Shown: positions 1 through 12,850 of the stretch, in pieces | How positions within the stretch are numbered: position 1 is the first letter of the stretch | Layout: every line of letters starts with the position of its first letter | DNA from: Octopus vulgaris | Lineage: Eukaryota | Reading direction: 5' to 3' | Length of the DNA: 64,000 nt | Assembly (NCBI GenBank): GCA_951406725.2 | Contig: OX597822.1 | Location: 81,530,001 to 81,594,000, forward strand | Translations under genes and position numbers: made by a program | The notes under the pieces: model-generated | Databases searched by the model: none | The model's input: only the letters and a program-made list of their open reading frames with translations | What the model was told of the DNA's origin: nothing

Positions 1-310
1 TCAAAATCTCATGTTCTTTTGTAATTTTTTTCTTTTTCTTTTTTTTTTTTTTTTGTTGGACGGGGGAGCTTATTTTTAGCGGACAAGGTGGGGGAGTTGT
101 ATTTGTCTCTTTGTCGCTTTGCATTTGTCATGTCACGCTTAGACATTACGTGTAATTCTATAACCCTGCCAAAATACATCTCAATCATGAAAGATTTTGT
201 TGTCTTGAGATTGGATCTCAATAAATCAATCTGGAGGACAAACACAGCTTGAAGCTGATTGTTTTATTTTTTATCTTTTTATTTTGTTTCATACATGCAT
301 TTATGCATAG

Positions 311-354
311 GTGGTGGTGGTGGTGGCGGCGGCGGCGGTGGCAGCGGCGGCGGC

Positions 355-393
<39 letters not shown>

Positions 394-640
394 GGCAGCG
401 GCGGCGGTGGCGGCGGCGGCGGTGGCAGCGGCGGCGGCGGTGGCAGCGGCGGCGGCGGTGGCAGCGGCGGCGGCGGTGGCAGCGGCGGCGGCGGTGGCAG
501 CGGCGGCGGCGGCGGCGGTAGCATTGGCGGGAGGTGGTGGTTGTGGCGGCGACAGCGACTGTGGTGGTGGTGGTGGTGGTGGTGGTGGTGGTGGCGGCGG
601 CGGTGGTGGTGGTGGTGGTGGCAGCGGCGGTGGTGGTGGT
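311..640. repeat. (GGC/GGT)n trinucleotide microsatellite
   Basis: About 330 bp of GGC/GGT/GGCAGC repeats; explains the poly-Gly/Arg/Pro ORFs. Confidence 0.95.
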
Positions 641-984
641 CCGAGAATGCCGGTTCTTCAGTTTGTTGTTGAACAACTTGCGCAAATGATTTATTTGCAG
701 TGACCAAATACAATATTAGCTCACTCACTCCATCAATGCAGGCGTTGCCTATACAGGTGCACGAGTATTCCACATCTCAGGTGTCGAAGAGATCGCAGAA
801 ACAACGTGAGATGATGTGTTTTGCTCAAGAACACAACGCTCCACTTGGTCTGGGAATTGAAACCACGATCTCGCGATCGCTAGTGCGACACCCGCAAACA
901 CTATGCCATGCGCCCTCATACATACATGCATACATACACACACATGCACACGAACAGACGTGTGTGTGTGTAGCCAAACAGAAA

Positions 985-1093
985 CAGACAGACAGATAGA
1001 CAGACAGATAGAGAGATAGATAGATAGATAGACAGACAGACAGGCAGTCAGACAGACAGACAGATCGACAGACAGACAGACAGACAGACAGAC

Positions 1094-1161
<68 letters not shown>

Positions 1162-1186
1162 GTAGATATGTAGGTAGATAGGTAGG

Positions 1187-1284
<98 letters not shown>

Positions 1285-1290
1285 GACAGA
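985..1290. repeat. (GATA/GACA)n microsatellite
   Basis: Direct reading. Confidence 0.95.
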
Positions 1291-1839
1291 CAGGGGTGGT
1301 CCGCCCCGGGCGCGAAATATTTTCCAACTAGAATTCCGAACCCCATTAATGAACTCATTTGCATACAGCCAATCGGAGCTCACCTTGACTTTGTTGTCAA
1401 GCTGACAAAGGCTGGCATTCAAAATGGCGACCCCCGATTGCCATGCGAATCTTGTATTGTGCTCTCATTCAGATGCTTGCATCATCGATACTGAACACAT
1501 ACGCTGGTTGGCCGTAAGTTTGAATTACTATAGCAATCAAAGATAATGCAGAAACTGCATTGGTGCTGGCAGACCGTTGGAGGATTGTTTCGAAAATGTG
1601 AACGGAAAGGTGCCGTTCAGCTCTCAGATTATGCCTAGACGCAAAGCCCAACATGACATTCATGAATGTGTTAAAAACAATCACTCTACCAAGTAAACTC
1701 AGGACGAAAAACCGTGTTGTAAGTCGACCGATCGCCATGTTATGCCTGATTTTAGAAAGAGACAAGTAATTAGATAGATTTGCATCTATACCTTGTAGCG
1801 TACACTCGAGGGAAATTCCTCTACCCTTTATTTATAATA

Positions 1840-2913
1840 TATGGGCATTCGAACGTAACAGATGACAGCTGGCTTTTGACCAATATTTGGGCCCCGTTGT
1901 GTCCAGTACTCTGATTGTTTGGTATTGGCGCAATTTGTCTCTTTCTCTGTCGCGCCAATATACTGTGTATAACCAATCGGAACATCTAAACACGATCACG
2001 TGAGACAGCCTTTTCTCAACCCAGTTTGAACCTACTGTTCCTTATAAAAACCCAGCTACTCCTCGTCTCGAGGTCTTTGGTGCCAGACCTTTTAAGGTCT
2101 AGCCACTGAACACACAAGACACAGCCAATTCCAGCGACAGCGCCAGACCACACCTGTCCAACAGCAACACGCCCAGGTTTCAACACAGCACTATTCGTGA
2201 ATTACTTCACCATGGATCAACAGCAAATATACAACCTGTGAGCTAGACAACAACACCCGTCCAACATCATTACGGCAATTTCGTTCTTCGTCGCCACCAT
2301 CATCTTCTTCACGTCGTCAACATCATCTCTCTACGTACACAGCTCAAGTAACACTGCATAGGTTCCAACATAGCACTATTTGTGAATTACTTCACCATGG
2401 TTAACAGCGAATATACAACCTGCGAGAACTCCTGTACGAGTGACCCAGGCAGCAGCATTACAGCCACAACTTCGTACGATATGTACCGCAACCAGCTCAG
2501 CATCATGGCCGCAACTTCTTGATACAGTATTTCAGTTACCGTGTACAATTGATACGAACTGGTATTTCTCATTCTTGTGTCTATGAACATTCGTCTAAGA
2601 CTCTTTCACTATCTTTCTTCATTGCTATTCTTATATGTACTTAACCCACACGCATACATCCATACCTATACACATATACACTTTGTTCTCATGACCGCCT
2701 GTCTAATATTGTGTATACATGACGCACATACAGACACACGTTAACATATCAATAAATCATCTCTCAAATATTCTACTCATCGTGTCTCTCTCTTTCCCCT
2801 CTGGTACATATATGTATTGTTCCAGCCTTCTGAATGGAGTTGTTATAAGATGGTTTCACCACGTGAGACCACGACCATCTATAACCTATTATCGGATTTT
2901 GTTAGGGCCCATA
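1840..2913 (+). mobile_element. possible solo LTR
   Basis: Inverted termini TATGGGC...GCCCATA, CCAAT (~1973), CACGTG (~1997), TATAAAA (~2043), AATAAA (~2751) and an internal ~57-bp duplication (2186-2243 / 2371-2426). No clean TSD seen. Confidence 0.45.
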
Positions 2914-3149
2914 TGATGAAGTGGATGGGGAAAATGTGGGTAGAGGGTGGTGTACTATCAACCCTTTCCTCTTACTGTTTCACAAAGTAAACAACAATAC
3001 AAATAACTAAGCCGAGGCAGCCATGGTTGGAACAAGAACAAGATCAACATGCATTATTAAGAGGAGAAAAGAATCATGGTCATTCCTCACCCAAGCGACC
3101 TTATCATATCGCCCATCACTTGTTATGCGCTCATAAATTAGTTTTATAG

Positions 3150-3346
3150 TTGATCTCTGATTGGCTGTATGCAAATGAGTTCATAACTGGGGTTAGGAAC
3201 TCTCGTGGGAAAAAAATTTCGCGTCCCAGGCGGCACTTTTCATGCTGTTGTAGGCTATTGCTGTAGACAATATGTGTTTTTGTGGGGTCCGGGGAGCGAA
3301 AACGGGAAGGTCGCCCCGGGTGGCACACACTCTAGCTACGCCAGTG
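3150..3346 (-). mobile_element. MITE fragment ending CTAGCTACGCCAGTG; related to 1290-1383 (inverted) and 21227-21376
   Basis: Shares ATGAACTCATTTGCATACAGCCAATC with 1290-1383, and internal sequence plus terminus with 21227-21376. Confidence 0.55.
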
Positions 3347-3956
3347 GTTACTCTATAGTTTTGTAGAGGACAAATTTATTCTTAAACAAGAATATTATTG
3401 ACAGTGATTTCGATGTTTCGCCTCACCGCCACCTCCACCACCACCATCCAAACACTCACACACACAAATGTGCGTGCGCGCGCACGTGATTGTGTATAAA
3501 AAATATATAAATATATTTCAATGTCGAAATATTTATATATTTGTCGACAATTTCCTTCATGATTGCCTACGACCTACCCCGAGTAGGCTGGGGTGTGTAT
3601 GTGCACCCGTGTGCCCGTGTGTGTGTGAGTGGAGAAAGAGAGATGGAAGAGTAGAGAGACAGAGAGGGAGGGCGGAGTAGAAAGAGAGAGAGGAAGGGAG
3701 GAGTAGAGAGACAGAGAGGGAGGGCGGAGTAGAAAGAGAGAGAGAGGAAGGGAGGAGTAGAGAGAGAGACAGCAATGACCTTCGTGCAAACTTGAAGCAG
3801 TTGGCTCAACTTGCAATTGACAATGAAATCTGACACGTTAAGTAAATTTAAAACAACGTACAATAAAATGAATGGCTTACATTTCTATGATGTTATATGC
3901 TGTGTCTTTGTGCGCATGTGGTTGTCACTTGTGAACCAATTCTGGTAGTTTACTGC

Positions 3957-4014
<58 letters not shown>

Positions 4015-4406
4015 GTCTATGCGTAATTGTGTGGTAATGTCTGTGTGTGTGTGCGTCTGTTGTGGGGTGAATTCAATGACTTGAAAAGAAAATCATTTTA
4101 ACTCTATGGTCGAGAGTTGCATACAGTAAACAAGTTTGATTTGAATTGTATGCATAATGGCTAGTGTGTGCGTGTGTGTGTAGGAAACATAAAGAGATAG
4201 TGGGGTGAGAAAAATAGACGGAGATAGACAAGCTAAATACACTCACACACACACAAGAATTATATTATAAATAAATACAAATATCTATTGTCAACATCTG
4301 TTGATAAGGTTGCGAAAGGAACGAAAATTTTGGAAAGGAAAAAATATAAATAATAAATGTATAGCTTTAACGGAGACCCAGAATGTGTTAATGAAAGATT
4401 TATTTA

Positions 4407-5300
4407 CCGTAAATCCTCGAGTATAATCCGCACTTTTTTCCCAAAATTTAAAGGTCAAAATCCCTACTGCGTACTATATACGCGGTTAAAAATGAAAAAT
4501 ATTTTCTAAGCAATGTCCGAGTCTCTATTTGCTGTCCGGCAATTTTTATTCAGACGCATTTTGTGATGTCGGGTGCGGAAATACCTTAAGCTAAGCCTGA
4601 AAGCAATGATGTCATAAAAGAATCATCCATAACTTGCACTAAGCAACATTTATTAAACGTTATTACTGTTATTTCTTTATTTTCTGCAAACAAAATGCAC
4701 AAAAAAGCTACACATTTGCATTAAGTTATATATACAACTAGCAGTATCGCCCGGCGTTGCTCAGGTTTGTAAGGGAAATAACTATAAAGCATTTTTAGAG
4801 AGTTATAGCCAAAAAATATCCAAAAAAATGGAAAAAAAATGATGGTAAATTTTTTTCGAGTTAAAAAGGTGGAGTTGCGTCCCCTAGACGGTCTGTGGTT
4901 TGGGTTTCTGATTCTCGACCCCATGTCGAATTTATCGATTTTTTTCAGAACTGGGGGAATTTTTCAAAATTTTCGCTGCGTTAGTTTTGAATTATGACAT
5001 TGGGCTATGTGTGTGTCAAGTTTCATCAGAATCGGTTGAAAGCCGTGGTCAGAGTGAAGGTACGAGAAAACAGACACACAGAAAACGCACAGACAAACTG
5101 CCGTTTATATAGAGAGAGATAATAATAACGGACATTACCGTATACAGTTTTACAAACCAAGGACGTTATATAGACCTCCTTCACTCAAGTTAGAGAGGGG
5201 GTGCGTATTATACACAAGGTTTAGGTTTTTCAGAGGTACAGCCCCCTAAAAATCCCCTGCGTATTATACTCATGGGCGGACTATACTCGAGGATTTACAG
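4407..5300. mobile_element. Tc1/mariner-pogo-type MITE
   Basis: TIRs CCGTAAATCCTCGAGTATAATCCGC / GCGGACTATACTCGAGGATTTACAG, with TA on both sides. Confidence 0.8.
4737..5120 (+). mobile_element. Helitron/Helentron-type non-autonomous element nested in the MITE
   Basis: 5' ACTAGCAGTATCGCCCGGCGTTGC and 3' ...GCCGTTTATATAGAGAGAGAT; a similar 5' end recurs at 63590. Confidence 0.6.
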
Positions 5301-5889
5301 TAGTTGAACAGATGGGGGAGACAGCCGTCAGTCAATTTCTGCTTCGTAGAAACCCGCTTAACCTAACCGGAAGTCAACTTCGCCGCAGACAAGCTTCCTA
5401 GCTAACCTGCAGCGAAGTTCCTGTCTACAGTTCGTCTGTCATAAACCCGTTAACAGTGCCCTACACATGGCACCCCCACCCCCAGAACTGTTGACTGTGA
5501 TTGGAATCGGGAAGGCGTTTTGACTGCCAGTGCGTGTAGTAACTCGGCTCTATAGTGACTGTTCCTTGCCAAGGGTTGGTGTGATTTGCCTGAGGCGGCC
5601 CCTGTTTGGTGGTTGGGCTACTAGGACGGAGCTGTCAGCATCGAGATAGGCTGGTTTCAACCTATCGATGGAAACTGTCTTGTTTTCTGCCAATTAGGAA
5701 TTGGTATGATTTATCTCTCGGACACATGACTTCATATGGGCCATCATAGGGTGACCGGAGGGGTTTTCGTCGTGTGTCACGTCTAACGAATACACCCTGG
5801 TACCAGTCAAGTTCTAGGGACGATGTAATCGACTATGCTCCTCCCTTCAAAATTACTGGCCTTGCACTAAATTTGAAACCCTTATTATG

Positions 5890-6090
5890 AAGGTGAGCTG
5901 GCAGAATTGTAAGCGTATCAGATTTGCTACTTAACAGCATTTCTTCAGACTATTTACGCTCTGGGTTCAAATTCCGCCTATCATTCTTTTAGTATCGATA
6001 AAATAAATACCAGTCACGTACTGGGGTCGATGCAACCGACTAGTCCCCTCCCTTCAAAATTGCTGGCTTTGTACCAAAATTTAAAACACT
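5890..6090 (+). mobile_element. tRNA-derived SINE family B (GGTGAGCTGGCAGAA head; TACTGGGGTCGATG body)
   Basis: A/B-box-like head. Other copies at ~14400-14615(-), 32958-33162(-), 38610-38820(-), 45600-45775(-). Confidence 0.75.
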
Positions 6091-6144
6091 ATATTAGACA
6101 TTAAAATTGATTTTGTATTCTTGCTGTAAGTTAAGGGATCAAAT

Positions 6145-6202
<58 letters not shown>

Positions 6203-6968
6203 TTTCAACGAAACACGCCCGTGCCAGGAATTTTTCGCCAAAGACATTTCTGCCATGGAAACATTTACCGTTTTTATTTTTGCCAAAACTTTTTTTTTTT
6301 CGCTATGAACATTTTTGGTAGAGAAATTTTCGTCGTCATATGTCTTTGACGAAATATTTTCGAAAAAATAATGTGTAATGTGTTTCTTGTTTGAACTTAC
6401 AGTTTAGGTTATTGGCTGCTTCTTAAAAACATTAAAAAGAATCTTTTTTTTAAAAACTGAATGAGTAATAATGTTCTCGATGTGTAGATATCGAATAATG
6501 TTGTCATAACTATACAAAGCACACTGGCTGGTCACGGTCGAAAAGCTTTTTATAGTGGGTTTACTTAGCGGTACTACACTGGGTGTAAAACAACAACAAC
6601 AACAATAACAACAACAACAGTATTTATTAAAATATCACCAATTTATCTTGAAAATATACAAATATAGTTTGAAAGCTTCAGTCAAAACATGTGAACAGCA
6701 CAAACTGGGCGATTTATTTCTGTGGCCTTGAACCGGGAATTATGTATAATTGTTAAGTTTTAAATATTTACAATATACAATTACAATTATTTAGGAAACA
6801 AAAAACGCCGAATCTATCATCTTTATTATCTACAAAATCAAGATGTTCATATATTACCATGTGCTACTGCATTCGACTTCAACCGTATGATATAGACAAA
6901 TACAGGTTTATCAAATAGTATACATTATTTACATTTGACGGATATTTGTCCTCATCTTGTTTGTTGTT

Positions 6969-7014
6969 AACACAACGTTTCGGCTGATATACCCTCCAGC
7001 CTTCATCAGGTGTC
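6969..7014 (-). ncRNA. minimal type I hammerhead ribozyme motif
   Basis: GACAC-CUGAUGA-A-GGCUG(loop)CAGCC-GAAA-CG-UU-GUGUU. Confidence 0.7.
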
Positions 7015-7092
7015 TTGGGGAAATTTCAAACATGGGTTCTCATTCCTAAGGTATTTTTCGATGTTGTTGTTGTTCTTCTTATCATCATCATC

Positions 7093-7152
<60 letters not shown>

Positions 7153-7156
<4 letters not shown>

Positions 7157-7227
7157 TCACTGCCTGGAATCGAACTCGGAATCTTGGGGTTAGTAGCCGC
7201 GCTCTTAATCACTACGCCATATGCCCG
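7153..7227 (-). other. tRNA-like segment with Pol III A and B boxes inside the Penelope-like element
   Basis: TGGCGTAGTGATT ... CTACTAA loop ... GAGTTCGATTCC. The acceptor stem is poor, so it is not called a tRNA gene. Confidence 0.7.
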
Positions 7228-7458
7228 TGAATTTTTTAGGGCTTATAAGTCTAATATTTTCCTATCCTTCCTTAATACCGGTTCCCATTTGCTATTCATA
7301 TCTGAACTCGGTCTGCTTAGGAGGTTGTTGTGTCCTAGCATATGTGCTGCTTCTTTTAGTTTTCGTATTTTCCAATGGTGTTCTCTGTCTATTATTTTAA
7401 CTTCATCCCACAAGGAAAATACCTTAGGAATGAGAACCCAGGTTCGAAATTTCTCCAA

Positions 7459-7505
7459 GGCACCTGATGAAGGCTGGAGGGTATATCAGCCGAAACGTTG
7501 TGTTA
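7459..7505 (+). ncRNA. minimal type I hammerhead ribozyme motif
   Basis: GGCAC-CUGAUGA-A-GGCUG...CAGCC-GAAA-CG-UU-GUGUU. Confidence 0.7.
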
Positions 7506-8588
7506 ACAACAAACAAGATGAGGACAAATATCCGTCAAATGTAAATAATGTAAATAATGTGCATAATTCCTCATCTCATAAATATAGAACTGTATCAAAT
7601 AGTGTATAACAAATTTTTGATGCATTAAAATTATTTCCGCTTCTAGAGATTGAATCATAATTACAAAATGGCAATTACGATGAGTTCCACATTTAGAAGG
7701 GGCGATAATCTAAAGAATCAAGAATTCTCCAAAACTGATATGTCATTAAAGTACAGGCTACTTGTCCGGCGATAAAAGAACAATCGTAGACAGTGGACGC
7801 CGGCATTGCTGGATGATTAAGATTTTTCTCTTCGCGAGCCATATAGTCACGAGTTCGATCCAAGATGACATTGCTTGGCATCTTGGGCAAGTGTATTAAC
7901 CATAGACTCGGAACGACCGAAACCTATGAATGAATTTGGATCGAAGCACATTGCATTGATTGAACTATCATTCAGAGGTTCGTCTCATTTGTGTTGAGAA
8001 TTACGTTAAGGGCACAAGTGTCTGTGAAATACTCGGCCACTTGGCACTCTGACTCAACGAGGAGGCTGTCCCCTTCATCCAACAACTCAACACTCAGACA
8101 TCGAAATGGACGTGAATGTTCATCACATTATCTTATGTAGAATAGGTTATACTATCGTTGGGATCTGTTGAAATATCTGTGAGGTTTCTGGACATCGATT
8201 TTACTCATAATTCGAACTCTTGTATAAGTTGTACCCCTAGTTTAGAGTTAAACTTTTTTAGATGGAGAAGTTCTCACTGTGAAGCCATCTAATGGTGGCT
8301 CTGTTCAGAAGGCTGTAATATGTCATTCCATAAAGAAACACGGTCAATGAATTCATGGAACAATGCTGTAACTTTAAATACCTTTACTCACGGTCTCAAA
8401 TAATATACACGTTAAATGATAATGGAAAGAGTTCATGAGTGAAGAGCCATGTTCATCTTCTGTGTACTACCTCATGTCTGCTAGTTATCTGCGTGTATAC
8501 GAGAACCAGCTGGGTCATGTCTTTACGGTCCGGCGTCTTGACGAGAAAGAAGTGCGAGCGCTTAGTGTCCGAAACTTAGCGCTGCGTG

Positions 8589-8604
8589 TGCCCTCTAGTG
8601 GCCA
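8589..8604 (-). promoter_or_regulatory. CTCF-like motif
   Basis: TGCCCTCTAGTGGCCA closely matches the reverse complement of the CTCF core; lies in a probable DNA-transposon remnant (~8220-8765). Confidence 0.45.
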
Positions 8605-9255
8605 GCTAACTTAGGCAGTCGCCGTCAGGGGAAATAACTGCTCCTGCACCTTGGTACAATTTTTTCCTTCATAGTTTTAGCTTGGTCCCATATGTAAGTT
8701 GCACCCCATGTTTTCAGTTAAAACTAAGGATAAAATAGGGCGGTTTATACACGAATTATTTCACTGTTAAGGTTATAACGATGCGAAAAAAAAAAAAACA
8801 AGCGTTAGTTAATGCCTATTTTATTGCCCTAAAAACTTTCTGTAAGGAACAAATTATGTTGTATAATTTCGGCAATTATTTTTTTTACAATTTTTTTTTA
8901 AATAAAATATATTTTAGTGTAAAAGAAGTCAATAATGAATACTTTTGTTTTCGACGATCAATTCATTAACATAGCTCGAACTAAACAGCAACAATTTTTT
9001 TCATTTTATTTCCTAGTCATTGATCAAGCATGAGAGATATTACTGTGCATCAGTAAGTACATATATATATCCATATATATCCAGCAGCAAACCCTACAGA
9101 AGAGGATATCGAACGGCTAATGGCTGAGCGGCAAACTAGGTAACAACGATGTGAGGATGTGATCGATGCGAATACCAGGCGAAGGTTAATAAGCAGACCG
9201 CTGCAAATATCCATGATAAGCATTAACGTTTTAAACACACACCCACGCGCACAAT

Positions 9256-9297
<42 letters not shown>

Positions 9298-9753
9298 TGG
9301 TAAGAAGTTTGCATCCCAATCACATGGTTCCGGGTTCAGTCCCACTGCGTAGCACCTTGGGTAAGTGTCTTTTAGTATAGTCTCGAACCGACCAAAGCTT
9401 TATAAGTGGATTTGGTAGGCCGAGCTTGTCCTAGGAATTTTTCGAAGGCAGGGCACAAAGTCAGACGGGAACACAATTCACGGAGAAAAGGGCGTAATAA
9501 TATTATTTAGAAGGGCGCACTTCTTTTCTTCAGGAAAGGGCACAACCCCCAGGCTTCCCCTTGGGTCCGGCTCTGGGATGATTGTGTGTGTGTGTTTGTC
9601 CCCCACCACCACTGTTAGTCTGTTTATGTCTCCGTAACTTAGCAGTTTGGCAATAAGTGTCGACAGAATTAGTACCAAGCGTTACAAAATGTAGTGGTTG
9701 ATTGGTTCGACTAAACACTTCAAGTAACAAATGAAAGATATATTTTGTGTACA

Positions 9754-9801
<48 letters not shown>

Positions 9802-9805
9802 AGGA

Positions 9806-9852
<47 letters not shown>

Positions 9853-10299
9853 TACATGCATGCATGCATACATTTTATGTGTTGGCTTCATGAGGCGCAC
9901 GAACTTTTAAACTGCTTCTGAATTTTGATGGATCCTTTTTTGAAACACTACTCGCTTGTAATCCAAACCCTGACTTTGTGTTTATTCGATACATGACTGA
10001 TTTTGTGGGGATTTTTCTAAATACATCTTACACGCTGTCAAATAGAGTACCGTGGTCTATACTTCCGCTCTGGTAATTTTTTTTTCTTGTTTTTAAGACG
10101 TTGAAATACCAATTGATTTAGTAGTCTAGAAACACCGAAGAATCGATGAGGAAGTCACTATGTATTGTCTTGACTTACTCGTTCTTTATTTACCGTATCT
10201 GATGACATAAAAGACCCACAGATATATTCGATTGACCCTGATTTCAGCAACGGATATTCAGGTAAAGTAAAAATGTTTTAAGCAAATATAGAAACGTAT

Positions 10300-10676
10300 A
10301 GGCGTAGGAGTGGCTGTGTAGTAAGTAGCTTGCTTACGAACTACATGGTTCCGGGTTCAGTCCCACTGCGTGGCACCTTTGGCAAGTGTCTTCTACTATA
10401 GCCTCGGGCCAACCAAAGCCTTGTGAGTGGATTTGGTAGACGGAAACTGAAAGAAGCCCGTCGTATCTGTATGTGTGTGTGTGTTTGTCCCCCCAACATC
10501 GCTTGACAACCGATGCTGGTGGGTTTACGTCCCCGTAACTTAGCGGTTCGGCAAAAGAGACCGATGGAATAAGTACTAGGATTACAAAGAATCAGTCCTG
10601 GGGTCGATGTGCTCGACTATAGGCGGTTCTCCAGCATGGCCACAGTCAAATGACTGAAACAAGTAAAAGAGTAAAC
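10300..10676 (+). mobile_element. tRNA-derived SINE family A (dominant SINE in the window), near full length
   Basis: GTGGCTGTGT.GTAAG head, GGTTCAGTCCC B box, (TG)n middle, GAAACAAGTAAAAGAG tail. Other copies at ~9295-9720, 14715-15062, 20950-21490(-), 31322-31696(-), 35590-35955(-), 36196-36570(-), 44905-45310, 56430-56790, 59995-60340. Confidence 0.9.
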
Positions 10677-10989
10677 CAGGGCGATTATGGGTAGGTGGGG
10701 TGAGTCCGTCTGATATTCCAGTAAATATGTTTTTGCTGTTTCTTATTTTTAAAGATGATAAAATAGGGATTAACCCAGTGACCCATAAACACAAATGAAC
10801 CAAATAAAGTGTTCGCTCCAGCCACAAGGAATGTAACTCGGATAACTTAGATATGTTTTAGCCAAACATTGGGCCAGGCCATGTCTAACTTAATATCACC
10901 ACTTGATAGGATCTGTTAAGACATTCTAAAGACAAGTTTTGTGGTATCATGGCCCATTCAAGTAGGGATTTCTTGTTGACTTGAGATGT

Positions 10990-11270
10990 ATCTAGGTATA
11001 GGTGGCTTATCTTGTAACCCTTGAAGAAATTTGTCCTGGTTCCGTTTGAAGGTGATGGGATCTTTTTCTTTTGTATTTGTTTTGGGATAATATTAAAATA
11101 GAGGACGCCCAGTTGAGGAAAAGGACTTGTGCTGAAGTGAATTGTGATCCTGAATTGTGTTGGCGGCGGGGGTGAGCTATGGCATGTGGACCCAGCCTTG
11201 GATAAATTCTGAATCTGGTGTTAAGGTCGTTTGGGCAATGCTGATGGTCTATTCCACACATTGTGCAAAC
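10990..11270 (-). pseudogene. possible highly decayed Gypsy integrase fragment
   Basis: Motif remnants EFIQGWV and GSQFTSA in different frames. Confidence 0.35.
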
Positions 11271-11757
11271 GACATAGCGGGAGAATAAAGATTCAGTGTT
11301 TTAGTAGCAGCCAAATCTCCCTCAAATCATACACTACCGTGTTAAATAAAGAATTATTATAACATATTAGATAATGTACTTTGACAATGTGTCTCCTCGA
11401 TAAGAGATGATCTGGGACTATACAACAACAACAGAAACAATAACGCCGCTATCGAACAGAACAGATCCAATGTACGACACATTCACTCAGCCTCGTTGCA
11501 AAATGTGTGACTCATTGTTGTCAGAGCATTACTTTAAACTTTGTTCAAAGTCCGTGTGTGTGTGTGTGTGGGTGGGGGGGTATTTAGTTTTACTTCTGCA
11601 CTTCTAGAACTGGTTTCTAATCTACACCGAAGGCCCATTGGAATTTCAACAATATCAACAGGATGGTGAGAGTCAGTGCACGTGCCGATTTGTATGTTTT
11701 GCTTAATGCGTGTGTGTGTATACACACACACACACACACACACACATACATATATAC

Positions 11758-11849
<92 letters not shown>

Positions 11850-12013
11850 CTTTACTGCCCACAAAGGGCTAAACATAGAGGGGACAAACAAGGACAGACA
11901 AAGGGAGTAAGTCGATTACATCGACCCCAGTGCGAAACTGGTACTTTATTTATCGACCCCGAAAGGATGATAGGTAAAGTCGGCCTCGGCGGAATATATA
12001 TATATGTATATAT

Positions 12014-12221
12014 ACAGTAGCGGATGGGCCAGGTTGCTAGCTTGCCCGATGGCAAGAGGGCCCCTGCGCCATTGGAATCCATATATGGGGGCCCATGTTA
12101 GTATCTAAGGGGTCCATCCCCTCAAGTTTGAGAATGTAAAAATTCACTCCTGGAAGAAAGAATGCATTATTTCAGCCTGGCTGTGTTTGTCGACAGTTGA
12201 AAAGAATACTTTTAACAAAAG

Positions 12222-12293
<72 letters not shown>

Positions 12294-12383
12294 TAAAGAA
12301 AAAAATAAATAATAGCATTGTAGTTGCGGGTGGGACCCCTTAGTCTCCTGGCAACCAATATTTTTAGACCCAATCCGCCAATG
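12014..12383. mobile_element. MITE in (TA)n
   Basis: Imperfect TIRs CAGTAGCGGATGGG / CCCAATCCGCCAATG. Confidence 0.55.
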
Positions 12384-12817
12384 TATATATATATATACAC
12401 TCATGCATATAGTTGCATGTCTAAACATGTGCATATTTAGTTTTTTTATACATTTATTCTTAATTGCATGCACCTGTTACCTGATTAATTCTCTGTGTTT
12501 GTGCGTGTTTGTGCGTGTGTTTATGTGTGTGTGTGTGTGTTTGTGTGTGTGCGTGTTTGTGTGTGTATGTATGTTTGTGTGTGCTTGTGTTTGTGTGTGT
12601 GTGTATGTTTGTGTGTGTGCTTGTGTTTGTGTGTGTGTGTATGTTTGTCTGTTTATGTGTGTATGTGTGTCTGTTTGTGTGTGTGTTTGTGAGTGTATGT
12701 GTGTGTTTGTGTGAGTGTATGTGTGTGTGCGTGTTTGTGTGTGTGTAAGTGTTTATGTGCATGTGTGTATGTGTGAGTGCGTGTGCGCATGTTTGTGTGT
12801 TTGTGTGTGTGCGTGCA

Positions 12818-12850
<33 letters not shown>

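Larger units (their letters stand above)
6920..7592 (-). mobile_element. Penelope-like element 3' fragment with inverted terminal copy
   Basis: Minus-strand remnant WDEVKIIDREHHWKIRKLKEAAHM...WEPVL resembles the GIY-YIG C-terminus of Penelope elements. About 140-bp inverted repeats (6920-7059 / 7414-7552), each carrying a hammerhead motif. Confidence 0.8.

Noticed and set aside
218-1422. Long poly-Arg/Gly/Pro/His and (IYLS)n ORFs
   Set aside because: Translations of microsatellites. The same applies to the ORFs at 11.5-13.7 kb, 18.5-20.5 kb, 21.4-22.3 kb and 62.2-62.7 kb.
7153-7227. Functional tRNA gene (ACT anticodon); also 42010-42080 and the SINE heads at ~28620
   Set aside because: Acceptor stem pairs poorly and the sequence is embedded in repeats.
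7010-7609. 199-aa plus-strand ORF
   Set aside because: Antisense to the Penelope remnant and runs through microsatellite.
10195-10230. Isolated CUGANGA boxes (also ~28080, ~57191)
   Set aside because: No paired helix II followed by GAAA.
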